Of a stretch of DNA of 64,000 bases, positions 1 to 10,372 are shown piece after piece. The DNA comes from Neophaeotheca triangularis. Its lineage: Eukaryota. The notes beneath the pieces are model-generated. The model was not told where the DNA came from, did not search any database, and saw nothing but the letters and a program-made list of their open reading frames with translations. The stretch lies in NCBI GenBank assembly GCA_054600435.1, contig BAAIJX010000018.1:1-64000 (forward strand). Reading direction: 5' to 3'. Positions within the stretch are counted from its first letter, which is position 1; every line of letters begins with the position of its first letter. A program made the translations under genes and the position numbers.

Positions 1-36
1 CCCCCGACTAGTATTGAATCCAGCCCTCCTGGCCCA

Positions 37-2340
37 TCACGACTTCCGCTGTCTCTTACTCTGCCTCGCAGCCTCTGCGTCCCCACCCCCTCCATCTCCT
101 TCCCCGGGAATAGCAGGACTGGTAGCAGAACTGCTCACGCTCTCCACCCTGCCGCCCTCATTCATCGTTTGCGGCGACAAGTAACCCCCCGTCCCCGCCT
201 CCCCCCCAGTCTGAAACATGTCGCTCGCATTCAAGTCATTGCCCGCATTGCTGAAATCCCAATCGATGCCGTCGCCATTGTCCGCAGTGCCAAAGTCAAA
301 ATTGATGTCGCTGCCGTCATTGGCACCGAAGTTGTTGTCGTCGAAATTCAAAAAGGCCGCTGGGTCGTAGGCGCCTGGCGTGCCGGTGTTGTCGAAATAT
401 GTCGTGCCTTCGCCTCCCGCGCTGCCCTCGGCAAGACCGGGTATTGCGCCAGTGGGGCTGAGGGGCTGTAGACGCCGGTTGAGCTCTTGGACCCGGTCGT
501 CTTGTCGCTTTTGCATGTTGGAAAGCACCTCGAGCTGCTGCTGGGTCTGCTTGATTTGGTCGAGGTTCGGCATGGCGGGAGGGTCGGGCGAGACTAGAGC
601 GTTGTTGTTCGATTTGCCGTTGTTTTGCGAGTTGTTGATCATGTTGAGCACATTGTCGCGCTGCTGGGGCGTCAAAGGGTTGTTCCCGTTGGCGTTTTGG
701 AAGTGGTCGAGTGCTGAAGAAAAGTCGACACCCTGTGCGTTTGGTGTGTTGGCGGCAGTAGCGTTGGCGCTGTTGATAAGACTCATCATTTCGTTGCTCT
801 CTGGGACTTGATTGAGCATATCGGGGGTAGGAGCGTCATCTTTGATTTGCGGACTGACGGCATTCGATTTCCGAACGTTGCCAGAATCCGGTTGCAGATT
901 CCCACCTGGCTGGCTACTCGAGCGGGGGTCCTTGGTAGGACTGGCGGACGAGCGAGCTGACGGCGGGTGGGTCACAGCAGCACTCTCTTGCTGCGCATTC
1001 TGCTGGTTTTCTGAGGCGGTGAGAAGGAGGGGAGGTTTCTTCGTGTATCGTTGCATTTGTTGGTTTTGCTCTGGCGACGCATCCGTGAAGTCTTCGACAA
1101 CGCTGCCGTGCTGCTGCTGTTGTTGCTGCTTCTGAGAGTTCCCAAACATGTTGACGAGGTTTGGCCCAGTGTGGCTGTCCATGCTTCGGTTGTAGAAAGT
1201 CGCCAAGAATGTAAGGATCGCGTTGATGGAGTTTTCGTGTCGGTCATGAAGCGCCTGGAAAGCTGTGGCTTGACGATAAAATTGGTCGTTCTGCTCCTTG
1301 AGCTGCGTAATCATATGTGAGATGTATCTTTGCTGCGCTTGTAGCGTCTTCAGCTCGGATCTGACGCCAGCAAGATCGTTTCTTGGCAAAGCAGCGACAT
1401 CATTGCTGCCGCTCCCCGGCATGCCTATCTCCTGAGGCCTTCCCTCTGGCGCCGGGGAGAATGGCCTCTCTTCATCACTCTCCGCGTGCGATGTGCCATC
1501 GCGCTTCCTCTTCGCAGTTGTTTTGCCAGCTGGCTTCTGTATGAGCCAAAGCAGATCCGGTCTGTTCCTGCGAAAGTACCGGTGGGAATACATGCTCGGC
1601 GGTTTGACCCCTTTCCTCGCCTTCTCGGACTGCCGGAGACTCCCATCTGTGATGTTGACAGTCTTGTGGAAGCCGTACATGTTCAGCTGGCGGACGAAAG
1701 AGGCGTAGTTGTTGTGCTTGAACAGCTCTGGTATCAAGGTACGAGCGAACTCATCTTCATCGATGACGATGAAAGATCTGCCGTCGTCGGACCATCTTAT
1801 CAGGTCGGTGTTATTGCTGTCCAAGAAGCTACTGAGCTTCTGCACAAACGGTGGTATCTGCTTGCGTTTGCCTTGCGCGTCTCGCTTTGCCAAAGCCACC
1901 TTCATGTCCAAATCTTGCTCATCCTCCTCCTCAGTACGTCCCGCCATGTTGCTGTTGTCGCTAGTGCTCGACCTCTGCCACTGCTCCTGCTGCCCATTCT
2001 GAGGCACCGCCAACTGATGATTGCGAGACCGCGGGACAAGGTCAGTGGAAGGTCGGGTAGTCAAAACATTGCTGCCGTATGTAGCTGCTTGTGAGCCGTT
2101 CTGGTTGACGGGCTGTTCGTTGGAGTCGCCTGCAGTAAGCGACTGAAGGCTGTCGAGGAAAGTTTGGTCTGAAGGGAAGGCGGTCGAGAAGTCGTAGTTG
2201 CTGAAGTCGGTGTTGTCTTGCGGCAGGCTGCTGCTGTTGTTGTTGCCGCTAAATTGGTATGCAGGCTGCGTGGCCGGCTGTGGAGGCATGGGCAATGCGC
2301 CAGGCGCTGCACGTTTCCGGCCGGACGTTTGCTGTGGCAT
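37..2340 (-). CDS. HSF1: Heat shock transcription factor (intronless, ~767 aa from ATG 2340)
   Basis: HSF DNA-binding domain IPPFVQKL...WSDDGRSF...FKHNNYASFVRQLNMYGFHK, followed by a coiled-coil oligomerisation segment. First in-frame ATG is 2340 (MPQQTSGRKR). Confidence 0.93.
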   Translation of the reverse strand: MPQQTSGRKRAAPGALPMPPQPATQPAYQFSGNNNSSSLPQDNTDFSNYDFSTAFPSDQTFLDSLQSLTAGDSNEQPVNQNGSQAATYGSNVLTTRPSTDLVPRSRNHQLAVPQNGQQEQWQRSSTSDNSNMAGRTEEEDEQDLDMKVALAKRDAQGKRKQIPPFVQKLSSFLDSNNTDLIRWSDDGRSFIVIDEDEFARTLIPELFKHNNYASFVRQLNMYGFHKTVNITDGSLRQSEKARKGVKPPSMYSHRYFRRNRPDLLWLIQKPAGKTTAKRKRDGTSHAESDEERPFSPAPEGRPQEIGMPGSGSNDVAALPRNDLAGVRSELKTLQAQQRYISHMITQLKEQNDQFYRQATAFQALHDRHENSINAILTFLATFYNRSMDSHTGPNLVNMFGNSQKQQQQQQHGSVVEDFTDASPEQNQQMQRYTKKPPLLLTASENQQNAQQESAAVTHPPSARSSASPTKDPRSSSQPGGNLQPDSGNVRKSNAVSPQIKDDAPTPDMLNQVPESNEMMSLINSANATAANTPNAQGVDFSSALDHFQNANGNNPLTPQQRDNVLNMINNSQNNGKSNNNALVSPDPPAMPNLDQIKQTQQQLEVLSNMQKRQDDRVQELNRRLQPLSPTGAIPGLAEGSAGGEGTTYFDNTGTPGAYDPAAFLNFDDNNFGANDGSDINFDFGTADNGDGIDWDFSNAGNDLNASDMFQTGGEAGTGGYLSPQTMNEGGRVESVSSSATSPAIPGEGDGGGGDAEAARQSKRQRKS

Positions 2341-3384
2341 GTTGCTGGCTTTGAATGTTCGGCCGTCACTTAGGCAGGGCGGCTTGGTACTAGTAGCGCT
2401 TGCGCCGACTGAGCTATGGTGGACCAGGAGTGAAGCTGGGGCTTGGAAAGTCAGTCTCTCTTGCGATTTGCGAAGCCCGGGCGCATGAAGTCGCGGGCAT
2501 GCGCGGTGTGATGCGAAGACAGGAAAGCTGGAGGTCGGTAAGGTAGTGGGCGGAGGTGTATTTGTAGCAGGGGTGGTAGCGACGACGAGCTGGTCAACAC
2601 GGGCAGGTTGCAGTCGCTTCTGGACGCATGCTCCAATTGTCTTTGCCCTCACACAATGAGCGCGCGCGTCTCGGAGCAGGTGTGAATCAGGTGGTAAGTG
2701 CAAAAGTTGCAAAAGTTGCAAAAGAGGACAAGGTGCAGAGGAGCGGTATCTATCTTACAAGGTCCGGGGGGGATAATAGTGATGACAAGGGAGGGGAAGA
2801 ATAATGCGCGGGCAGCGGTGAAGTTGGTATTATCATTCCAAGAAGGGATTCACAGATGGCAGAGGTATTCGGCCAGTACCTAACTAGGTAAAGCATGTAA
2901 GGTAAGGTAAGGTTAGGTTAGGTAGCCAGCAGCCTTTGCCCATCCATCACCGTGACACAATCTCCCGTCTTGGTCCACGCTCACTTTAAGGCTGAAGGCC
3001 AAGCTTCCGGCAGAGCGGGTACGCACGCGACACATGCCATCTTGGCCATCCTCCCCACGGGCACCTCTCCCGTCAACACCTCACCTCACTGATCACCTGA
3101 GGTAGTGCGGGAAGCTTCACCTCTCAAGCAGCGTCCCAACTCAGCGAGTGCCAACTGTGCAATACATAGTACTCAATAGGTACAAACCCGTGATAAACTA
3201 GCCCCCGTTGAACAATCATGACGAGTCACCCATCGACAGTACCTTACTGTATGTAGATTACAAAGCACATGAGCGCATCAAGGCATCGACAATGGACAAC
3301 ACAACTGTGTTATGGTATTGAACATGCATACTCCCTTTTCCTCGGTTTGCCTAAGTCTCTTCTCCATCACCCTGGACCGACATC

Positions 3385-4740
3385 TCACAGTCCGTCTGAT
3401 TCAGACCCATCGTCTTCGACCTCAATAGCATTGTCTGTGGAAGAGCCAGTCGTCACACCACCTCTGACAGCAGCAGCAGCAGCAGCAGCACTCGGCTCCG
3501 GCGCAGGCGTCGTACTGGCATCGGCGGGTGATGTGGCGCCACGACCAAAGGCTCGAAGATCGTTGGGGCGAGCGCGGATCCACGCAAGAAGTCCTAGCTG
3601 ATGGTCGCTGAGCCCTCCGTTCTTGTCCCTGCTCACGTCGGTATCGTCCAGGCGCATGACTTCTCGATCAGAAAGCCCAGTGAAGTCTTGCAGACCCTTG
3701 CCACCTCGGTCTCCGATCTCCTTCGTAGCTCGGGCGAGAGTCCCGCTTGTTGACGTAATATTGTAGCTGGCCGAGAGTTCATGGGACGACAGCGCTGAGA
3801 CGGCGTTTTTGTAGCCCTCTGTAGCGGTACTGGCTTGGTGGTCGGTGTCGCCAGCCTCACCGAGGGCTTCTTGCTCGATAGTAAAGCGTGGCTCCTCCCT
3901 CGTGCCTTTCCCCATTTCGGATGGCTTGCGCTTGAGGCCAGGAGAAGGTGAGGTGTGCGCCGGAACTGGCTTGCGACCAGGGGCGTAGGGAAACCTGGGG
4001 ATCGACTCGACTGGGCTTTCACTGACTGTGCGATCGCTTGTGGTGGAGGCTCTTGCTTGGCGCATATTTGGAGTCGAATTGCCAGAAGCATTGTCCAACG
4101 CTTCGATGGGTGAGTCGTCCTCAGCGTCCGAAACGTTTTCACGTGTGTCACCCAGCATCATGCTGCCGTCGTTCTCTGGTACAATGATGGACGCGCCTTC
4201 TTCCTCTTTGTCGCCCAAGCCGTGTTCCTGAAGTTTCCTCCTAGATTCTGCGCGGAGTTTGTAGACCCTGTCTTGAATTGCCTTGGGAGTTGGCTGCTCT
4301 AGGCACATGTGAGCTAAAGTTTAGGATCAGATCAAGCTAGCACGCCTGAATTCATACGAGTAAAAGTCTTTGCGATGACGGCGAAGTCTGCTCCTGGGAC
4401 ATATCGTTCGACCATGAAGATGAGGAGTTTGCGGTCCATCTCCGGTGTCCACTTCACACTGGACTGCACTGTATGAGTAAAAGCTGCTAGTAATGAGGAG
4501 GTATTGTTTATACCCCTATGGAAACCTTGCGCTTCTTGCTGAGAGGGGCGTCAAGCGATGCGGGCGACCCTGCCATCGTCCTCTTGGATTGGTCGGCGGG
4601 GTCTGCAGGGTCTGCAGGAATACCCTTGCTGCCATCCTTGCGGACTGTGACAGTTAGCGCTAATCTGTGGAAAGGAGCATGAGGATGAGTCCTGGCAACG
4701 ATTGTAAATGCTTACCATATCTTCCTTGAGACGACTCCAT
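3385..4740 (-). CDS. Hypothetical nuclear protein with a Myb/SANT-like helix-turn-helix, 4 exons
   Basis: Manual splicing (ATG 4740; intron 4645-4715 GTAAGC..GCTAAC..CAG; two further short introns) gives KWTPEMDRKLLIFMVERYVPGADFAVIAKTF-QQPTPKAIQDRVYKLR, which joins ORF 3385..4308. KKRK NLS-like motif. Confidence 0.6.
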
Positions 4741-5297
4741 GCGATTTCAGCCGGTCCTTGACGCACATCCGTATCGCGAAAGAAGAAGCCGGTGAAGAGG
4801 CCAAAGTGCTCGGAAGAGTGAGGTAATGAAAGAAATCGTGGAAGCTTCACCGCCTTGGGGCAAAACGCACCGCCAAGTATTGCAGCATTCACCCCCTTTT
4901 GCGTTCCAGCTTTCTCGTATCTCCTTTCTTGATTTACTCATCGCCTCTCGCTTTAAGTCCTTTACGAACCAAATAGCCGTGTCAAACTCGTGCGGCCGCG
5001 CCTGCAGCCTAATCATACCGCCTTCTTGGAAGAACTTACACATCCCCAAGCTTGGCTTGGGACACGAGAGACTAATAGTTCGATCTTGATACATGTATCT
5101 TACAACTATTGGCACAGATAAGTACTGCAGACGCGTCTGGTGTGCACCCAGCGCACTCAATTGCGGGAAACGACGCCCTCACCCCTGGCTCTCGAGCTTC
5201 TCCAATCTAGCATACTCCATCGACGCCAGAACTCCAGACCGTCCCAGCCCCTTCATGCATTCAGCCCTCTATTAAGATTGACAGCCTCACTGTCAGC

Positions 5298-6587
5298 TCA
5301 AGATTTGAGCGAGTCTCTCATGCTCTGCACACTGGCACTAGTAGTGGGCAGTCCCTGTTTGCCCTGCGCACCGGCATCGTTGCCCTTGCCTTGCCAGACC
5401 TTGGCCAAGGCATACACGATTCCGCTGACGAAGCCGATAGCGATAGCTCCCACGCTTCCGAAAGTGATTGGAGTGTCGAAGAAGATCAAGCCTGAGAGAG
5501 CTATCGGTAGCTTGTTCAGGGCGCCAACCATGGAGTAGGTGGTGGCGCCTGTTACGCGAACAGCCCATGCTGAAGTGTAGGAAATGAAAACTCCGCTCAA
5601 TCCGGAAATAACCATAACCGATACCATCGAAGCTCGATGTCCCGGGGGAAAGTTAATGTCAATATTCGCGGTTGACCAGTTCTCGAGGAAAAGCGAGCAG
5701 ACTGCCAAGATGGGAATGGAAAGCAGATTGTTGTAGTACATGGCTGTGTGGCAGGATTAGCTGGTGTCAATCAACGCCTTGGGAGGGAAGGGCCATCCTA
5801 CTGTCAAAGTCTTTGAAGTTGGTAAGCTTGATGCGCTTGCGCATCCCCAACAAGTAAGTGGCCGAACAGAAGCAGTTGAGCAGCATCCACATGTATCCAG
5901 CATTCAGGGTCGCGATCTTCTCGGCTGCCTCGCCAGTCGCAGCATCCCCTCCGTACGATGACAGTGCGTGCTGGATGTCTGCCCAAGCAGCGATGATACT
6001 GCTCAAGACCATGAGTCCAAACGACAAAAGCGCCATGCCAGTCACCGTGCCGCCAAACCACAACACCTCGCCGTATGCAATCAGGATAATTGTCAAGTTC
6101 TTGAAAATGGTGTAGACCGGGATCGAGAGGAATTGTATCGCTTTGGTAGAGGTGTAGATCATGCCAATAAGGAGAACGGAGATGGGGAACCATTTCCGGG
6201 CTTCGTCAGTGTTGAAGTCGCGAAATGTGATGATGTTGGCCTGCTTGCAGAGCTGTATGGCTACAACGCAGACGATGCTCTAGTAGGGAGGAAGAGTCAG
6301 CCGGTGTTCCATCTCGCTCGAATGCTGCTTGCGTTGGAGGCCCGGCGTCTTACCTGAACGCATAAGAGGAGGAAGTTCATGTTGAATCCAGTACCGCTGA
6401 GTACATATTTGTTCGTCACCATCATCAGAATACTGCTGCCGCAGTATGCGAGAACGGGTACGATTGGGCTGCTCGTGTTGAGTGTCGGTGGTGACGGCAT
6501 GGTCGGCTTGGGCTCAGCGTTGAAGGAGCCCGTGGGCTGCTTCTCGCCGAGCTCTATGGTAAAATCTCTCTTCTTCTCGTCGGCCAT
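5298..6587 (-). CDS. VRG4: Golgi GDP-mannose transporter, 3 exons
   Basis: [28 protein letters not shown] and the [11 protein letters not shown] signature. Introns 6280-6353 and 5744-5801. Confidence 0.95.
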
Positions 6588-7371
6588 GATGACTTGAGCG
6601 GTGGAGGCAGGCTGCTGGTATTACAAGGAATGTGCGCGGGACAGGAGCCTTGGCCGGTGGGGACAGGACTGTGGTGAGGGCGCGTTCGCACAAGGACGAT
6701 CAGCGATGAAAAAGGGGACAATGGCACTGGCGGTCGTGTTTGGGGGGAGAATGCGCTCGAGCGCTTTGTCGAAGAGGTACCTGAGGAGCTGAGAGTATTG
6801 ACGGGATGTTGTTGTTCAGAGGGAGGAGGTAGTCAAGAACGGGAGCCGGAGCTGGAGCCAACGTACGTACGTTAAGTGGTTGCGAGTACAGCTGGTATTA
6901 AACTTTCAGACCCTTGCACACGTTGACGTTGTCCCTTGTCTGCCAGCCAAACGGCGATATCTCACAGTACAATAATAATAACAATAATAATTATTATATA
7001 CCTAGTACCACGACCACCTCTGTATGTCTATAGTTACAGTTATAACATGATATGTTAGTGTATTTTATACCTTGTCAACTCATAATATTCCTTCATACAC
7101 TCAGGCAGAATGCTGCAAATGATCAAACGAGTGGACCTGCCCATTCATAATTACTGTCTACACCAATTTTCTATCGCGTTACGCAAGCCTGCCCTCCTGG
7201 ATTACCTTATTACCTACCTAAGGTACCTAGACTCGGCGCATCGTCGGCAGACCTGTCAAGACGCGACATGTCACACCAGGACGCGAAAGCTTCGTTCGTC
7301 AATAATTCTACACCCATCCACAACCCTGACCGGGATCAGATATTAAACACCATCGTCCAGACTCGACCAAG

Positions 7372-8007
7372 ATGCCGGCTTTAGACTCCAAGGTAGCGAA
7401 CGTGCTCGACAACAACCGCGCTGTCGACTCGGACGACGAAGACGCCCTGATCGCACAACTCGAAGATGAGGAAGAAGACGCCGCCTTCTCGGCGCTACGG
7501 GAGAGAAGGCTCAATCAGCTTCACGAGGAAATGTCGCGCGCCAAAGTCATGAAGAACGCTTCCCACGGCACGTACCAGCAGATCAAGGACGAGAAGCAAT
7601 TGCTCGACATCACCACCTCCACCAAGCTCTGCGTCGTGCACTTTATGAAGCCCGACTTCAACCGCTGTCGCATCATGGACGAAAAGCTGGCCGTGCTGGC
7701 GGAAAAGCACTACGATACGCGCTTTGTGAGCATGAACGTCGAGCACGCTGCTTTCCTGGTTGTCAAGCTCAAGATACAGGTCTTGCCCTGCGTCATTGCT
7801 TTCATTGATGGCGTCAGCGTGGATCGCATCATCGGTTTCGAGGGTCTGAGCAACAAGCCGGACAGTTTCAATGCGCAGGATTTGGAGAACAGGCTTCTGG
7901 CTGTGGGTGTGCTGGTGCGTGGGAAAATGACCAAGGAAGACAATGCGCGCAAATTGCAGCGCAGGACCGAAAGGGAGGAAGACGATGATATCGACGAGTG
8001 GGATTGA
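7372..8007 (+). CDS. PLP1: Phosducin-like/thioredoxin-fold protein (PLP1/TXNDC9 family)
   Basis: RERRLNQL, CVVHF..PDFNRCRIMDEKL, FLVVKLKIQVLPCVIAF..G...DRIIGFE. Confidence 0.88.
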   Translation: MPALDSKVANVLDNNRAVDSDDEDALIAQLEDEEEDAAFSALRERRLNQLHEEMSRAKVMKNASHGTYQQIKDEKQLLDITTSTKLCVVHFMKPDFNRCRIMDEKLAVLAEKHYDTRFVSMNVEHAAFLVVKLKIQVLPCVIAFIDGVSVDRIIGFEGLSNKPDSFNAQDLENRLLAVGVLVRGKMTKEDNARKLQRRTEREEDDDIDEWD

Positions 8008-8429
8008 GGGAGGGCGGCTTTAGAAGTTTTCTGAAAGGCTTGCGGTCGCCGCCGTGTCTTAGTTCCTCGGCAGAACCGATATGAGGGATCACTCGCCATT
8101 CTGCGGTGATCGCCAGGACCGACCGCATCGAATCCGGGCTCTGAAGCGCGAGAGGCGTCAAGAGCTGCCTTTGCGGCACAACATGCCTGCAGTGGTGTGT
8201 TGGGCAAGACAGCTCCGAGCCAAGGCTACCCCAATGCTTCTGCCGAGGTGGCTGGTCGAACGGGCAACATAGGGATGAAGGAACAGCCACGCTATGAGAT
8301 GAGGGAGGGCGGAAGCAGACGCGAGAAAAGGCTGTGTTCAGCAAGGTGATGGGAAGAGTATCCATGGGTATCTCGCAAAAGTAACAAACAAAGAATCAAT
8401 ACGCTCAAGCTCTCCAGCTCGTCAGCTTT

Positions 8430-9650
8430 TCAAGCTAGACTTCGCTGCTCGATAAGAGCGACTTGTTCCATCATGTCTTCTTTCCAAACCGCAAACTCAT
8501 CCCTTCGTTGCTCACTGAGCCAGTCAACTGCAGGTTGGAACATCGTCCCCAAGCCCGGAAGGAGGCCAGCAGGACCTAGATCGCCATGGTCCTGTTGAGA
8601 GCGTTTCTCCTTGCGTCGAAGTGGTGTCTTGGTGGGTCTGGGACGTGCCGATGACCGGGTATCCTCATCTGTTGCTACGCCCTCCTGTGGGTTGCCATCA
8701 GCCGGCACGTCCAGATACCAGTCCATGCCATGCCACAAGTCTTTTGCTTGCTTGTCGAACAATTTCATGTCCTCCATCATACCCTCGTCTCCACATTGAG
8801 GCGGCAATGCTTGCTTCTGTTGTTTTAGGTACTCGTACATTGCTCTCAACGCTTCTACTGATTCCCTCTCTTCATGGTAATCGCGGCTATACATTCGCTT
8901 GACTACGGCGCGGTAAAGACAATAGACCAGCACAGGGATGCGGTTGGCGGCAAAGCCTTGGGCATCCTGACCTTGAGCACTGCGGGCCGAGGTTCTGCGA
9001 CGCTTGCTGGGCGCTCCTGCCTCTTCTCCAGCTTGTGATTCTGCAGCTTTTGCTTCGGCGTCGAGACGCGGCAGCACCGATTGCAGTCCGTTGAGCACAT
9101 GAGGTGCGGCATCTACTCGCCCGCAGTGTTTGCAGATGGCGTGGGTCAGAGGAGAGGCGAACCAAGGCAGATCCCCATTTGAGTCGTCAGGGCGAGCACG
9201 CTTAAGTCCACCCGGCGTTCGGCGCGAGGGCGTAGGAGCTGGTGCTGTCTCGGCGACTGCAGCTCGGGCTGAGGGGGTGTTGGATAGCCTTGTAGTTCTT
9301 GTCGAAGCCGGAGTCGGGTTGGCGCTGGTGTTTCTGCTGGATCTCGGCGTGGTGCGCACACTGACCGGCGTCCTCAAGGCACCGTCCAGGTAGGCATAGA
9401 GCTTGCGGTACAGCGCAGGCTTGACGGGAGGGGCGACGTTGATGTCGTCGAGGTTCAGGCGTAGTTTCAGCCTTTCACATGCTATGTTGCAGCAGGCATA
9501 TGTGCGGCCAATCTCCTCCTCGGGCTTCAGCGAAGCGGCTTTCGACTTGGACTGGGCGAGCAGCGACTTGGAGAGGTGGATGACATCTGGTGGCAGGAAG
9601 GAGAGAGTGGGTAGTAGGGTATTGAGTGCGGATTCGACTTGGGTGGACAT
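8430..9650 (-). CDS. ORC6: Origin recognition complex subunit 6
   Basis: Fungal ORC6 N-terminus SLLAQSKSKAASLKPEEEIGRTYACCNIACERLK and PPVKP..YRKLYAYL. C-terminal LLPGLGTMFQPAVDWLS. ATG at 9650. Confidence 0.85.
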   Translation of the reverse strand: MSTQVESALNTLLPTLSFLPPDVIHLSKSLLAQSKSKAASLKPEEEIGRTYACCNIACERLKLRLNLDDINVAPPVKPALYRKLYAYLDGALRTPVSVRTTPRSSRNTSANPTPASTRTTRLSNTPSARAAVAETAPAPTPSRRTPGGLKRARPDDSNGDLPWFASPLTHAICKHCGRVDAAPHVLNGLQSVLPRLDAEAKAAESQAGEEAGAPSKRRRTSARSAQGQDAQGFAANRIPVLVYCLYRAVVKRMYSRDYHEERESVEALRAMYEYLKQQKQALPPQCGDEGMMEDMKLFDKQAKDLWHGMDWYLDVPADGNPQEGVATDEDTRSSARPRPTKTPLRRKEKRSQQDHGDLGPAGLLPGLGTMFQPAVDWLSEQRRDEFAVWKEDMMEQVALIEQRSLA

Positions 9651-10199
9651 GTCTGAGTATGCGTGCGTACGTTCCAAGGTTGCTTGTTGCGATGGAGGTC
9701 GGTCGGTCGGACAGTCATTCAGCTGGTAGTAAGGGCATTTGCATGTGATGATGATGGTAGAGGACAACAACGACAACAACGACAACAACGACCTAACACG
9801 CCATCTACAGTACAGGGTTGTAGACTGACTACCTTAGTACTGTAAGTGCCGGTCGGTGCTTTGAAGGCGAAACGCGCTTGGATACATGTAAGGCACGTTT
9901 GACGGGAAAGTCTATCAGTTCTATCCGACCCGCTTATATAGCTGGCTCAACATACATAGATACTTTATTAGACGACGGCCCTGCAGTGACCACCACTTCG
10001 ACGTCACAAATCCAAAATACGAAGAGCCCTGCAGTAATCTACCGACTTGACCGATTCAATGGTCAACTAGTAATCTAAGTTACCTCCTAGACTCTGCCTA
10101 AGTACAGTAGGTAACTAGTAGTAGTCATGGTCCATGGACCTCGCCGGCGTCGTCTTTGTTTTCCGACCCTATCCCATCTGTCCTACCTAAACCAACCTA

Positions 10200-10305
10200 C
10201 CACTACCCTCCTCCCATCACCCTCACCATCCTCCTCATCCTCATCCTCATACCTCCTCTCCCTTCCGTCTCTCCCTCTCCCTCTCCCTCTCTCTCTCTCT
10301 CTCTC
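10200..10305 (+). repeat. Pyrimidine-rich (CCT/CT)n microsatellite tract in the leader of the GPI-protein gene
   Basis: cctcatcc and ctccct units followed by (ct)n. Confidence 0.7.
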
Positions 10306-10372
10306 GCTTTTTCGCTTCCCCGAGGCTAAGCTGCCTTGACTTACATGTAGCCGTGGAGCAGTACTCGCAGAA

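Noticed and set aside
3105..3120. GAAGCTTC heat-shock-element-like site upstream of HSF1
   Set aside because: Only two nGAAn units; expected by chance.
4747..5160. 137-aa minus-strand ORF between VRG4 and the Myb-like gene
   Set aside because: No recognisable motif; overlaps likely UTR or promoter space.
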